A stretch of 64,000 nt of DNA from Torpedo marmorata (taxonomy: Eukaryota), in contig OZ360256.1 of NCBI GenBank assembly GCA_977017645.1, forward strand, positions 10,726,001 through 10,790,000, read 5' to 3'. This document shows, piece after piece, positions 1-13,600 of this stretch. A program made the translations under genes and the position numbers. Under the pieces are notes generated by a model that had not been told where the DNA came from, searched no databases, and saw nothing but the letters and a program-made list of their open reading frames with translations. The stretch's first letter is position 1. Every line of letters begins with the position of its first letter.

Positions 1-54
1 CCTCTCTCTCTCCCCCCTCTCTCCACTCCCCCTCCCTCTCTCTCTCCCACTCCC

Positions 55-1238
55 NNNNNNNNNNNNNNNNNNNNNNNNNNNNNNNNNNNNNNNNNNNNNN
101 NNNNNNNNNNNNNNNNNNNNNNNNNNNNNNNNNNNNNNNNNNNNNNNNNNNNNNNNNNNNNNNNNNNNNNNNNNNNNNNNNNNNNNNNNNNNNNNNNNNN
201 NNNNNNNNNNNNNNNNNNNNNNNNNNNNNNNNNNNNNNNNNNNNNNNNNNNNNNNNNNNNNNNNNNNNNNNNNNNNNNNNNNNNNNNNNNNNNNNNCCAT
301 CTCTCATTCTCTCCCCCTCTCACTCCCTTCTCTCTCTCCCTCCACCTCTCTCTTCCTCCCCCTCTCTCTCCCCCCTCTCTCCCTCCCCCTCTCTCTCCCT
401 CCCCCTCGCTCTCCCTCNNNNNNNNNNNNNNNNNNNNNNNNNNNNNNNNNNNNNNNNNNNNNNNNNNNNNNNNNNNNNNNNNNNNNNNNNNNNNNNNNNN
501 NNNNNNNNNNNNNNNNNNNNNNNNNNNNNNNNNNNNNNNNNNNNNNNNNNNNNNNNNNNNNNNNNNNNNNNNNNNNNNNNNNNNNNNNNNNNNNNNNNNN
601 NNNNNNNNNNNNNNNNNNNNNNNNNNNNNNNNNNNNNNNNNNNNNNNNNNNNNNNNNNNNNNNNNNNNNNNNNNNNNNNNNNNNNNNNNNNNNNNNNNNN
701 NNNNNNNNNNNNNNNNNNNNNNNNNNNNNNNNNNNNNNNNNNNNNNNNNNNNNNNNNNNNNNNNNNNNNNNNNNNNNNNNNNNNNNNNNNNNNNNNNNNN
801 NNNNNNNNNNNNNNNNNNNNNNNNNNNNNNNNNNNNNNNNNNNNNNNNNNNNNNNNNNNNNNNNNNNNNNNTCTTCCCTCTCCCTCTCTCATTCTCTCCC
901 CCTCTCACTCCCCCTCTCTCTCCCTCCCCCTCTCACTCCNNNNNNNNNNNNNNNNNNNNNNNNNNNNNNNNNNNNNNNNNNNNNNNNNNNNNNNNNNNNN
1001 NNNNNNNNNNNNNNNNNNNNNNNNNNNNNNNNNNNNNNNNNNNNNNNNNNNNNNNNNNNNNNNNNNNNNNNNNNNNNNNNNNNNNNNNNNNNNNNNNNNN
1101 NNNNNNNNNNNNNNNNNNNNNNNNNNNNNNNNNNNNNNNNNNNNNNNNNNNNNNNNNNNNNNNNNNNNNNNNNNNNNNNNNNNNNNNNNNNNNNNNNNNN
1201 NNNNNNNNNNNNNNNNNNNNNNNNNNNNNNNNNNNNNN
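55..1238. other. Three assembly gaps (N runs) within CT-rich low-complexity sequence
   Basis: N runs separated by short CT tracts. Confidence 0.95.
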
Positions 1239-1422
1239 CTCCCCCTCCCCATCTCTTCCCCTCCCCCTCCCTCCCCTACCCCAACCCTCCCTCCACCCTG
1301 TCCCTTCCCCCCTTCCTCCACCCTCACACCCCCTCCCTCCACCCTCACAGCCCCCCCCCCCCCCACTTCCCGGTGTGCCTGGGCTCTGTGTTCTGCGACT
1401 GAGGCTCTCGCTGTCCATGCAG

Positions 1423-1637
1423 GACCCCCGCCACGCTCACTGTGCGGTGGGAGTGGAGGGGCGGGATGCTGGTGAGCGGTGGGGAGCTGCGGGACACCTC
1501 CCTGGCCCGGGACGTCTGGCTGTACCAGCCCCTGGCTGAGCGGTGGAAGCGGATGGAACCCCGCAGCCCGCTCCGTCCGCCTGGACTGGCATCGCACAGT
1601 GCCGCTGTGGTCGACCAGCACCTCTATGTCTTCGGAG
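1423..1637 (+). CDS. MEGF8: MEGF8 exon A (kelch); apparent 1-nt insertion near 1450
   Basis: CAG acceptor ending 1422; DPRHAHCAV, then +1 shift to [23 protein letters not shown]...LYVFG; donor GTGAGG at 1638. Confidence 0.85.
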
Positions 1638-4600
1638 GTGAGGGGAGAGAGAGGGGGTGGGGGAGGGGAGGGAGGGGGAGGGGACGGAGGGGGTGCGGGA
1701 AGGATGGGGTGGGGGAAGGGTGGAGGGGGAGGTAGAGAGTGCGGGAGGGGGGGTGAGGAGTTGGGGGGGAGGGATTGACAAGGGAAAGGAGCAGGAGAGG
1801 TGGGGAAGGACAGGGAGGAGAGGTAGAGGAGGGAGTGGGGGGTTTGGGATGGGGAAGGAGGGGTCGGGGAGGGTTGAGGGATGGCGACGGGAGGGAGGAG
1901 GAGAGTTCGGAGGGAAGGAGGGAGTGAGGGGTGGGGGAGGAAGGGGAAGGGGATTAGGGACGGGGAGGAGGAGATGGTGGGGAGTGAGGGTTTGTGTGTC
2001 AGTGAGTGAGCGTGAGCAGAGGGTGAGTGTGAGCAGTGTAGGAGTGTGAGGGTGGGTGTGAGCAGTGTAGGAGTGTGAGGGTGGGTGTGAGGAGTGTAGG
2101 AGTGAGTGTGGGTGTGAGCAGTGTAGGAGTGTGAGGGTGGGTGTGCAGTGTGGGTGAGTGAGGGTGGGTGTGAGCAGTGTAGGAGTGTGAGGGTGGGTGT
2201 GAGCAGTGTAGGAGTGTGAGTGGGTGTGAGCAGTGTAGGAGTGTGAGGGTGGGTGTGCAGTGTGGGTAAGTGAGGGTGGGTGTGAGCAGTGTAGGAGTGT
2301 GAGGGTGGGTGTGAGCAGTGTAGAAGTGTGAGGGTGGGTGTGAGCAGTGTAGGAGTGTGAGGGTGGGTGTGAGCAGTGTAGGAGTGTGAGGGTGGGTGTG
2401 AGCAGTGTAGGAGTGTGACGATGGGTGTGAGCAGTGTAGGAGTGAGGGTGGGTGAGCAGTGTAGGAGTGTGAGGGTGGGTGTGAGCAGTGTAGGAGTGTG
2501 AGGGTGGGTGTGAGCAGTGTAGGAGTGTGAGGGTGGGTGTAAGCAGTGTAGGAGTGTGAGGGTGGGTGTGAGCAGTGTAGGAGTGTGAGGGTGGGTGTGA
2601 GCAGTGTAGGAGTGTGAGGGTGGGTGTGAGCAGTGTAGGAGTGTGAGGGTCGGTGTGAGCAGTGTAGGAGTGTGAGGGTGGGTGTGAGCAGTGTAGGAGT
2701 GAGGGTGGGTGTGAGCAGTGTAGGAGTGTGAGGGTGGGTGAGCAGTGTAGGAGTGAGGGTGGGTGTGAGCAGTGTAGGAGTGTGAGGGTGGGTGTGAGCA
2801 GTGTAGGAGTGTGAGGGTGGGTGAGCAGTGTAGGAGTGAGGGTGGGTGTGAGCAGTGTAGGAGTGTGAGGGTGGGTGTGAGCAGTGTAGGAGTGTGAGGG
2901 TGGGTGTGAGCAGTGTAGGAGTGAGGGTGGGTGTGAGCAGTGTAGGAGTGAGGGTGGGTGTGAGCAGTGTAGGAGTGTGAGGGTGGATGTGAGCAGTGTA
3001 GGAGTGAGGGTGGATGTGAGCAGTGTAGGTGAGTGTGAGGGTGGGTGTGAGCAGTGTAGGAGTGTGAGGGTGGGTGTGAGCAGTGTAGGAGTGTGAGGGT
3101 GGGTGAGCAGTGTAGGAGTGTGAAGGTGGGTGAGCAGTGTAGGAGTGTGAGGGTGGGTGTGAGCAGTGTAGGAGTGTGAGGGTGGGTGAGCAGTGTAGGA
3201 GTGTGAAGGTGGGTGTGAGCAGTGTAGGAGTGTGAGGGTGGGTGTGCAGTGAGTTTTGAAATAGTGCAAGGCTGTGTAACTCTGATCCCCTTCCCCCACA
3301 CCTGGTGTAACACTGATCCCCTTCCCCCACACCTGGTGTAACACTGATCCCCTTCCCCCACACCTGGTGTAACACTGATCCCCTTCCCCCACACCTGGTG
3401 TAACACTGATCCCCTTCCCCCACACCTGGTGTAACACTGATCCCCTTCCCCCACACCTGGTGTAACACTGATCCCCTTCCCCCACACCTGGTGTAACACT
3501 GATCCCCTTCCCCCACATCTGGTGTAACACTGATCCCTTTCCCCCACACCTGGTCCAACACTAATCCCTTTCCCCCACACCTGGTCCAACACTGATCCCT
3601 TTCCCCCACACCTGGTGTAACACTGATCACCTTCACCTGGTGTAACACTGATCACCTTCCCCCACACCTGGCGTGACACTGATCACCTTCCCCCACATCT
3701 GGTCTAACACTGATCCCCTTCCCCCACACCTGGTGTAACACTGATCACCTTCCCCCACACCTGGTGTAACACTGATCCCCTAACCCCACACCTGGTCTAA
3801 CACTGATCCTCTTCACCTGGTGTAACACTGATCCCCTTCCCCCACACCTGGTGTAACACTGATCCCCTTCCCCCACACCTGGTGTAACACTGATCCCCTT
3901 CCCCCACACCTGGTCTAACACTGATCCCCTTCCCCCACACCTGGTGTAACACTGATCACACTCCCCCACACCTGATATAACACGGATCACCTTCCCCCAC
4001 ACCTGGCGTAACACTGATCACCTTCTCCCACACCTGGTGTAACACTGATCACTTCCCCCACACCTGGTGTAACACTGATCACTTCCCCCACACCTGGTGT
4101 AACACTGATCAGCTTCCTGCACACCTGGTGTAACACTGATCACCTTCCCCCACACCTGGTGTAACACTGATCACCTTCCCCCACACCTGGTGTAACACTG
4201 ATCCCCTTCCCCCACACCTGGTGTAACACTGACCCCCTTCCACCACACCTGGTGTAACACTGATCCCCTTCCCCCACACCTGGTGTAACACTGATCACCT
4301 TCCCCCACAACTGGCGTAACACTGATCCCCTTCCCCCACACCTGGTCTAACACTGATCACACTCCCCCACACCTGATGTAACACGGATCACCTTCCCCCA
4401 CACCTGATGTAACACGGATCACCTTCCCCCACACCTGGTGTAACACTGATCACCTTCCCCCATACCTGGTGTAACACTGATCATCTTCCCCCCACACCTG
4501 GTGTAACAATGATCACCTTCCCCCACACCTGGTGTAACACATCACCTTCCCCGCCCCCATCTGGCGTAACACTGATCCCTTTCCCCCACACCTGGTGTAA

Positions 4601-7600
4601 CTCCTGATCCCCTTCCTCCATTTCTTTCTGTTAGCATTCTCTGCTCATGTTCACTCCAGAAGCTCACGTGTAACGCTTTTTTTCTCCCATTCGCTCTCCC
4701 TCCTCTTCCCTCTCTCCCTCTCCTTCACTCTCCCCTTCACATTTTCTCTCTCCCCTCCCCTATCTCCCCTTAACGTCTTTTGTCTCCCTCCTTCACCATC
4801 TCTTCCTCTACCCTCTATCTTCCCCTCCCCTTTTCTCTCCCCATCCCCACCTCTACCCCTCCCCCATCCCCTCTCTCCCTCCCCACCCCTTCTCTCTGCC
4901 CACCTCTCCCGCCCTGCCTCTCCCGCCCCGCCCTCTCTCCGTCCCCCTCTCTTCCTCCCCGCCTCTCTCTCTTTCCTTCCGTCTCCCTCTCTCGTTCCCC
5001 TCTCCTCCTCCCCGCCTCTCCCTTTCTCCATCCCCCTCTCCTCCTCCCCGTCTCTCCCTCTCTCTGTCCCCCTCTCCTCCCCGCCTCTCCGTCTCCCTCT
5101 CCTCCTCCCCCTCTCCCCACCTCTCTGTCCCCATCTCCCCCCACTTCTACCCCTTCCCCAACCCCCTCCCTTTCTCTCCCTCCCCTTCACTCCTCCCCCT
5201 CTCCCCCTCCCAACACCTCCCTCACCCCTTCCTTTTTTTCTCTCTCCCCATCCCTCTCTTCCCCACCCCCACTCCCCCAGGTCGGACCGACACGGATCGG
5301 TTCAGCTCGGCGATGTTCCGCTTCCACCTGGAGCTGTGGGTGTGGGAGGAGGTCGTTGCAGTGGGAGGGAGGAGCCCTGCGGTGGCCGGTCACTCCATGA
5401 TCTTCCACCCCGCCTCCCGTATGCTGCTGGTCCATGGAGGTCACCGGATCTCCCCACGGTGAGGCTCGTCACAGTGTCCCCGCGGCGAGGCTCGTCACGG
5501 TTTCCCGCGGCGAGGCTCGTCACGGTTTCCCGCGGCGAGGCTCGTCACCGTATCCCGCGGCGAGGCTCGTCACGGTTTCCCGCGGCGAGGCTCGTCACCG
5601 TATCCCTGCGGCGAGGGTCACCGTATCCCTGCGGCGAGGGTCACCGTATCCCCGCGACGAGGCTCGTCACCGTATATCCGCGGCGAGGCTCGTCACCGTA
5701 TCCCCGCGACGAGGTTCGTGACCGTATCCCCACGGCGAGGGTCGTCACGGTATACCCCGCAGCGAGGCTCGTCACCGTATCCCTGCGGCGAGGCTCGTCA
5801 CCATATCTCTGCGGCGAGGGTTGTCACGGTGTACCCTGCAGCGAGGCTCGACACAGTATCCCCGCGGTGAGGCTCGTCACCGTATCCCCACGGCGAGGGT
5901 TGTCACCGTAACCCCGTGGCGAGGGTCGTCACGGTGTTGCCCGCGGCGAGGCTCGACACCGTATCCCCGCGGCGAGGGTTGTCACGGTGTACCCCGCAGC
6001 GAGGCTCGACACCGTATCCCCGCGGCGAGGCTCGTCACCGTATCCCCGCGGCGAGGGCCGTCACCATATTGCCCGCGGCGAGGGTCGTCACCGTATCGCC
6101 CGCGGCGAGGCTCGACACCATATCCCCGTGGCGAGGGTCGTCACGGTGTACCCTGCAGCGAGGCTCGACACTGTATCTCCGCGGCGAGGGTCATCACCGT
6201 ATCGCCCGCGGCGAGGCTCGACACCGTATCCCCGTGGCGAGGGTCGTCACGGTGTTGCCCGCGGCGAGGCTTGACACCGTCTCCCCGCGGCGAGGGTCGT
6301 CATGGTGTACCCCGCAGCGAGGCTTGACACCGTATCCCCGCGGCGAGGCTCGTCACCGTATCCCCACGGCGAGGGTCGTCACGGTGTTGCCCGCGGCGAG
6401 GCTCGTCACCGTATCCCCGCGGCGATGGTCGTCACCGTATCCCCGTGGCGTGGCTCGTCACCGTATCCCCGCGACGAGGGTCGTCACCGTATCCCCGCGA
6501 CGAGGGTCGTCACCGTATCCCCGCGACGAGGGTCGTCACCGTATCCCCGCAGCGTGGCTCGTCACCGGGACCCCGGTGGTGGGGTACGTGCAGTCTTTCT
6601 CACCCCATTATAGGAGGATGTGGAGGCTTCACAGAGGGTGCAGATGTTCCCTGGATTGGAAGGTGTGGGCGATGGAGAGAGGTTGGAGTTTGTTTTCTCT
6701 GGAGTCAGTGGTGAAGGAGGCAAATGCAATGCTGGCATTCATTTCAAAAGGAATAGAATACGGGAGCAGGGATGTGATGTGATCACAATATGATTGAAGT
6801 GAAACATGACATTCTGCAGATGCTGCGATTGTAGTAACAAGACACAGAAACGCTGGAGAAACTCAGCCAGTCTCGCAGTGTCCATAGCAGGTAAAGGTGT
6901 ATTACTGACATTTCAGGCTTGAACCCTTCTTCAAGGTCTAAGCAAAGAACAGGAGGCGTCAGAATAAAGAGTGAAGACTGGCCGGGGAGGAGTCCAGACC
7001 AACAAAAGGTGTGAATTGGATATGATAAGAGGAAAGGTGAGAATTGGTGTTGGCTCTATGAAAGGAGACAGAGGGAAAAGGGAAGAGAGACAGAGCTGGG
7101 AGAAAGGCGATGGGGGGAAGAAGGGAGGTTGAACGGAAACCGGAGAAGTCCATCCGGTTGGAGGGTACCCGGACGGAAGATGAGGTGTTGTTCCTCCAAT
7201 TTGTGGGTGGTCTCAGTCTGGCAGTGCATGAGACCATGGGCAGACATGTCGGCAAGGGAATGGGACGGAGAATTGAAATGGGTGGCCACTGGGAGATCCA
7301 CGCTGTTGCAGCGGACAGAGCCGAGGTGCTCAAAGCGATCTCCCAGTCTGCACCCAGTCTCTCCGATGTAGAGGAGACCACAACAGGAGCAGCGGATGCA
7401 GTAGACGACCCCTGCAGATTCACAAGTGAGGTGTTGCTTCACTTGGAAGGACTGTTTGGGGTGATGAGCTTTTATAAGGCATTGGTGAGACCTCACTTGG
7501 AGTATTATGAGCAGTTTTGGGCTCCTCATTTAAGAAAGGATGTGCTGACGTTGGAGAGGGTTCAGAGGAAGTTCACAAGAATGATTCTGGGAATGAAAGG

Positions 7601-10600
7601 GTTATCATATGAGGAGCGTTTGACATCTCTTGGCCTGTACTTGGATTTTAGGAGAATGAGGGGGGATCTCATTGAAGCATTTCGGATGTTGAAAGGCGTG
7701 GACAGAGTAGATGTAGAAAGGTTGTTTCCCATGGTGGGAGAGTCCAGGACAAGAGGGCACAACTTCAGGATTGAAGATTAGAACAGCGATGCTGAGGAAT
7801 TTCTTTAGCCAGAGGGTGGTGAATCTGTGGAATTTGTTGCCACAGGCGGCTGTGGAGGCCGGGTCATTGGGTGTATTTAAGGCAGAGATTGATAGGTTCT
7901 TGATGAGCCAGGGCATCAAAGGTTATGGGGAGAAGGTGGGGCTGAGTAGGAAAATGGATCAGCTCATGATTGAATGGTGGGGCAGGCTCGATGGGCTGAA
8001 TGGCCTATTTCTGCTCCTTACCTTATGGAGCATCGGAGGTTGAGAGGAGACTTGACGGAGGTTTATTACAACGTGAAAGTCATTGACCAGGGGACAGTCA
8101 GAATCCTTTCCCCAGGATAACAGCATCACACAGGATGTGCGTTTAAAGTAAGCTGCCAGGCGCAGTGGGGGAAGCAGATACAACAGTGACGATGAAGCGG
8201 TTTCTGGATAGATGTATGAACGTGACGGGAGTGGAGGCAGATCTGTCAGGTGCAGGCTGCAGAGATTCAGTCTGATTTGGACGTTGCGTTTGGCACAGCC
8301 ACATTCTTGTTACGATCTTGTTCTGATCTCGTTCTGCGTTCTTGTGTTCTTGTTCTGCTTCTTGTTCTGCGTTCTTGATCTGTGTTCTTGATCTGCGTTC
8401 TTGTGCTCTTGTTCTGCATTCTTGTGTTCTTCTGCGTTCCTGTTTTTTTTCAGCTTTGTGCTTTTGTTCAGCCTTGTGTTTTTGTTTTGTGTTCTTGTGT
8501 TTTTGTTCTGCGTTCTTGTGTTTTTGTTCTGCGTTCATGTGCTCTGTTCTTGTTCGGCATTCTTGCGTTGTTTTTCTGCGTTCTTGCGTTGCTGTTCTGC
8601 GTTGTTGTGCTCTGCGATCTTGTGTTCTTGTTTTGCGTTCTTGTGTTCTTCAGCATTCTTGCGTTGTTCAGCGTTCTTGCGTTGTGCTCTGCGTTCTTGT
8701 GCTCTGCGATCTTGCGTTCTTCTGCGTTCGTGTTCTGCGTTCTTCTTCTGTGTTACTCTGTTCTTGTTCGGCATCCTCGTTCGGCGTCCTCATTCGGTGT
8801 TCGCGTTCATCTGTGCTTTGTGTCCTGTGTTCCTGCTCTCCCACGGATGCTTCTCGGCCTGCGTCCCTGCGGCAGAGCGAGCTTTGCGTGGTGCGATGGG
8901 GACTGGGTGGTGAGCAGGAACCAGGGGGCTGCGCTGGAGCCGTGCTCCAGATGCCGAGGAGGCACGTGGTCTGGGCCAGCGGAAAGGTTCTCACGCACCC
9001 CTCCTCTCCCCTCTCACAGGTTCAGTTACCGGACCAACACCACCAGCACCTTCCACGTGGACCAGCGTTACTGGGGGCATCTGAACTCGGAGCCGTCGGC
9101 ACACAGTCCGAGGGAGCGGGCTTTCCACACCGCCACACTGGTCGGCAACTACATGGTGGTGTACGGTGAGTCCGGGGTATCGGGGGAACATGGGGGGGCG
9201 GAAGGGGGGTAGCTGCGGAACACCAGCATTGGTACCTGTGGGCAGAATCAGAATTTATTGTCATGAACATGTCCCAGAATTCGTTGTTTTGCAGCAGCAT
9301 CACAGTACATACGTTTCTATAAATTACATTAAAAAAAAATCAGTGCAGAAGAAGAGAAAGTGAGGTAGTGTCTGTGGTTCATTGTCCGTTCAGAAATCTG
9401 ATGGCAGTGTTAACTTCGATCAAATAGAAAGAAGTGTACGACAACTAACGCAGAGTACAACACAACTTTATTAGCTTTGCAAAGCGGGTGCTCTGTTACA
9501 CGGGAAGACCTGTTGTAACCCTCAACAGGGTCTTTCTGAAAGAAAGCTCATACGCAGATGGGCACAAGCCTTTTTATACGATTTAGCTTCCCATTCTACA
9601 GCCTGTTCGCGGCTATTCACATGACCTGTAATCTGCAGACTTCAGCAAAACATCCAGCACGTGTTTCGAGAGCAGCATGGCCTTGGTTCTCACGTCTTGC
9701 AGCTGCACTACTAAAAGAAAACAGTTTCTTTAACAGACTAGTATTTTCCCATAAAAATATTCTTTTTAGCCCTTTTTTGCTGCTGAAATTTATAGGAAGC
9801 AAATAAAGCAAATCTATACAATCTATCAGCAGAGGGGAAGAAACTGTTTTTGTGCCACTGGGTGCTCGTCTTCAGGCTCCTGTACCTCCTTCCCGATGGT
9901 GGCAGAGTGAAGAGGGCATGGCCTGGGTGGTGGGGGTCCTTGAGGATAGAGGCTGCTTTCTTGAGACACCGCCTCTTGTAGATGTCCTCGATGGAGTGAA
10001 GACTGGTGCCCATGATGTCGCTGGCCGAGTTCACAAAAGACTCTTTGGAGTCTTTTCCTGTCCTGAGCGTTGGCACCTCCGTACCAGACAGTGAAGCAAC
10101 CAGCCAGAATGCTCTCCACGGTACACCTGTTGGAAATTTGCAAGTCTTTGGGGACATAGCAAATCTCCTCAAACTCCTCACGAAGTATAGCCGCTGGCGA
10201 GCCTTCTTCGTGATTGTATCGACATGGAGGCCCCAGGATAGATCCTCGGAGATGTTGACACCCAGGAATTTGAAGTTCTTTACCTTTTCCACTGCTGACC
10301 CCTCGATGAGGACTGGGTCGTGTTCCTTGACTTCCTCCTGAAGTCCACAATCAGCTCCTTGGTTTTGCTAACACAAATGCTGGAGAAACTCAGCAGGTCA
10401 AACAGTATCTTTTATGTAGCAAAGGTAGAAATACATAACCGACGTTTCGGGCTTGAGCCCTTCATCAAAGTATGAGAAAATGCCGGCAGGCGTCCGAACA
10501 AAGGAGTGAGGGGGGAAGGGGGGTGGCAAAGGCAGGAGATGATAGGTGGAGAAAGGAGGGAGGGGACAGCAGCAAAGAGGGGGAGGAGGGATGGCTGGGT

Positions 10601-13600
10601 GGGTGGAAAAAGACAGGAAGGACAGGTGAGGGGGGAGGGGAAGGGAACAACAAGCAGGTTTAGTGGAAAGCAGAAAAGTCAATGTTAATGCCATCTGGCT
10701 GGAGAGTGCCGAGACGGAATATGAGATGTTGTTCCTCCAATTTGCGAGTAGTCTGGGTGGGATAGTACATGAGGCCATGGACAGACATGTGAGTGTGGAA
10801 GTGTGACGCAGAATTGAAATGGTTGGCTACTGGGAGGTTGCTGTTGTTGCGGACGGAGAGGAGGTGCTCAGCAAAGCGATCTCCCAATCTACGACCGGTC
10901 TCTCCAATGTATAGAAAGCCACAAAGGGAGCACCGGATGCAGTAAATAAGTCCTCTGGATGTACAAGTGAAGTGTAGTGACCTGCTGAGTTCTCCAGCTT
11001 TTGTGTTTTTTACTTCTAACCACGGTGTCTACAGATTTTCGTGTTTACTTTTGGTTTTGCTAACGTTGAGCGCAAGGTTGTTGCTGTGACACCACTCAAT
11101 GAGCTGATCTATCTCCCTCCTGTACATTTCCTCATTACCAACTGTGATTCTGCCGACAACGGAAAATCGGGGCAGACCAGAAACTTGATGGGGATCGATG
11201 GGATAACCAGTGCTGTCAGGATGCCGGTAGGGGGCCTGAGGAGGTCGTGGTGATGTTTTGGGAGAGGAGCGGTTTCTGCGCAGGTTGACAGGGTAGTTAA
11301 GAAGGTTTATGGTATGCTGGCCTTCATTAGTCGGGGGATTGAGTTCAAGAGTCTTGAGGTAACGTTGCAGCTCTATAAAACTCTGGTTTGCGCACACTTG
11401 GAATATTGTGTTCAGTTCTGGTCGCCTTGTTACAGGAAGGATGTGTAAGCTATGGAGAGGGTGCAGAGGAGATTTACCAGGATGTTAAAACACAACGCTG
11501 AAGAAACTCAGCAGGTCAAACAGTGTACTTTATGTAGCAAAGATAAAGATACATAACCAATGTTTCGGGCTGAGCCCTTCAGCAAGGTGTGAACAAAATG
11601 TCGGCAGGCGCCTGAACAAAATGGTGGGGGGAGGGGCAGGGGGAGGAGCACGATCCCAAAGGCAGGAGGTAATAGGTGGATAAGGGAGGGGAGGGCACAG
11701 CAGCAAACAGGGGGAGGGGGGACGGCTCTGTGATTGGAGAGGGAAGGGGGTGGAGAGCTGGAGGAAAGAAGACAAGGGGAAAGGGAAAGGAGGAGAACGG
11801 GGTGTGGGCTAGCAGAAACCGGAGAAGTCGATGTTAATCCCATCTGGCTGGAGAGTGCCCAGACGGAAAATCAAGTGTTCCTCCAATTTACGGGTGGTCT
11901 TGGTGGGACAGTACATGAGGCCATGGACAGACATGTGAGTATGGGAGTGGGTCGCGGAATTGAAGTGGTTGGCCACTGGGAGACCCCTGTCACTGATGCA
12001 GACAGAGCGAAGGTGCTCAGCAAAGCGATCTCCCAGTCTGCGCCCAGTCTCTCCGATGTGGAGAAGGCCACAACGGGAGCACCGCATGCAGTAAATTAAT
12101 CCTGCGGATGCACAAGTGAAGTGTTTCTTCACTTGGAAGGATTGTTTGGGGCCCCGAATGGTGGTGAGGGAGGAGGTGTGGGCGTAAGTGTGGCTCCTCC
12201 TGCGGCCACAGGGGAAGGTGTTGGGTGTGGGGGGAATTGGTGGGGAGAGAGAGGAGTGGACGAGGGAGTCACAGAGGAAACGGTCCCTGCGGAAGGTGGA
12301 GAGGGGAATACAGGTGATGGGATCATGTTGTAGGTGACGGAGGATAATGTGTTGGAAGTGGAGGCTGGTACTATTATTTAAAAGCTTTTGGTGGGGATCG
12401 TGGAGCGTTTGGTGTGAGGATTGTGGAGGTTTTGGTGTGGGGATCGTGGAGCGTTTTGGTGTGAGGATTGTGGAGGTTTTGGTGTGGGGATCGTGGAGCG
12501 TTTTGGTGTGGGGATGTGGAGGTTTTGGTTTGGGGATTGTGGAGGTTTTGGTGTGGGGATCGTGGAGCGTTTTGGTGTGGGAATCATGGAGCGTTTAAGT
12601 GTGGGGATTGTGGAGGTTTTGGTGTGGGGATCGTGGAGCGTTTTGGTGTGAGGATTGTGGAGGTTTTGGTGTGGGGATCGTGGAGCGTTTAGGTGTGAGG
12701 ATTGTGGAGGTTTTGGCTGGGATGTGGGCTCCGTGTGGAGTCCGTGGCTGACTCTCTGCCGCCGTTTGCAGGGGGCAACGTTCACATTCACTACCGGGAG
12801 GAGAAGTGCTATGATGACGGCATCTTCTTCTACCATCTGGGCTGCCACCAATGGGTGCCCAGTGAGGAGCTAGGTGTGCTGGTCAGCACCGGGGATGGTG
12901 AGTCTCGCTGGCCCCCGGGCCTCCATCCCCGCCCCTTCGCCTTGCCCCTCACCTCCAACCCGGGCCTCGGCCCCTGCCCCTCACCTCTCCCCCCCGGGCC
13001 TCGCCCCCCCACACCTCACCTCTCGCCCCCTCGCCCCTTCCCCTCGCCCCCTCAACCCCCACCCCTCGCCCTTGGGTCTCGTCCCCCACCCCTCCCTCAC
13101 CTCCCACCCCCGCCCATTCCCCCCACCCCTTCCCCTGCCCCCAGGCCTCATCCCCCCTGCCCCCGAACCCTCACTCCCGATCTCGGACCCTGCCCCTCGG
13201 CCCCCTGTCCCTCACCCCTTGCCTCGGGGCCTTGTCCTTGCCTCTCATCCCTGGGCCTCACCCCTCCCTCCCCCCCTCGCACCTTCCCCCCCGTCCCTTC
13301 CCCTTGCCCCTGGCCTTGGGGAGTTGACTCGGACCACCATGTCCCCGCAGAGTCCACATGTCACACACGGGGGTGGGGGGTCCCGGAGACGGACGGGGAT
13401 GGGGGTGGTTGTGTCTGTCATGGGAAATGCCTCATGGTGATTACCTACGGTTGACCTCTCTGACTTCCGGATGACCTCACCGACCTCCAATTGACCTCAC
13501 CGACCTCCAATTGACCTCACCGACCTCTGGTTGACCTGCCCCACCTCCAGTCGACCTCGCCAACCTCCAGTCGACCTCCCCGTTTTCTGTTTGACCTCAC

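Larger units (their letters stand above)
9245..11160 (-). mobile_element. Rex1/Babar-like LINE RT C-terminus and 3' UTR, host of the LTR and a Penelope insertion
   Basis: [25 protein letters not shown] / ELIVDFRRK / [14 protein letters not shown]...[16 protein letters not shown] / SGRRYRSLK. Confidence 0.8.

Noticed and set aside
905-3679. Long ORFs (549-924 aa) with HTPTLLT / SHSYTAH repeats
   Set aside because: Open in several frames across a minisatellite, antisense to MEGF8; a compositional artefact.
8342-9212. Hydrophobic Cys/Val/Leu-rich membrane-protein ORFs
   Set aside because: Translation of a TTCTTG low-complexity tract; only the exon C portion is coding.
7056-12132. Host GIY-YIG nuclease genes
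   Set aside because: Short, frameshifted, multi-copy fragments with Penelope terminal repeats and TSDs.
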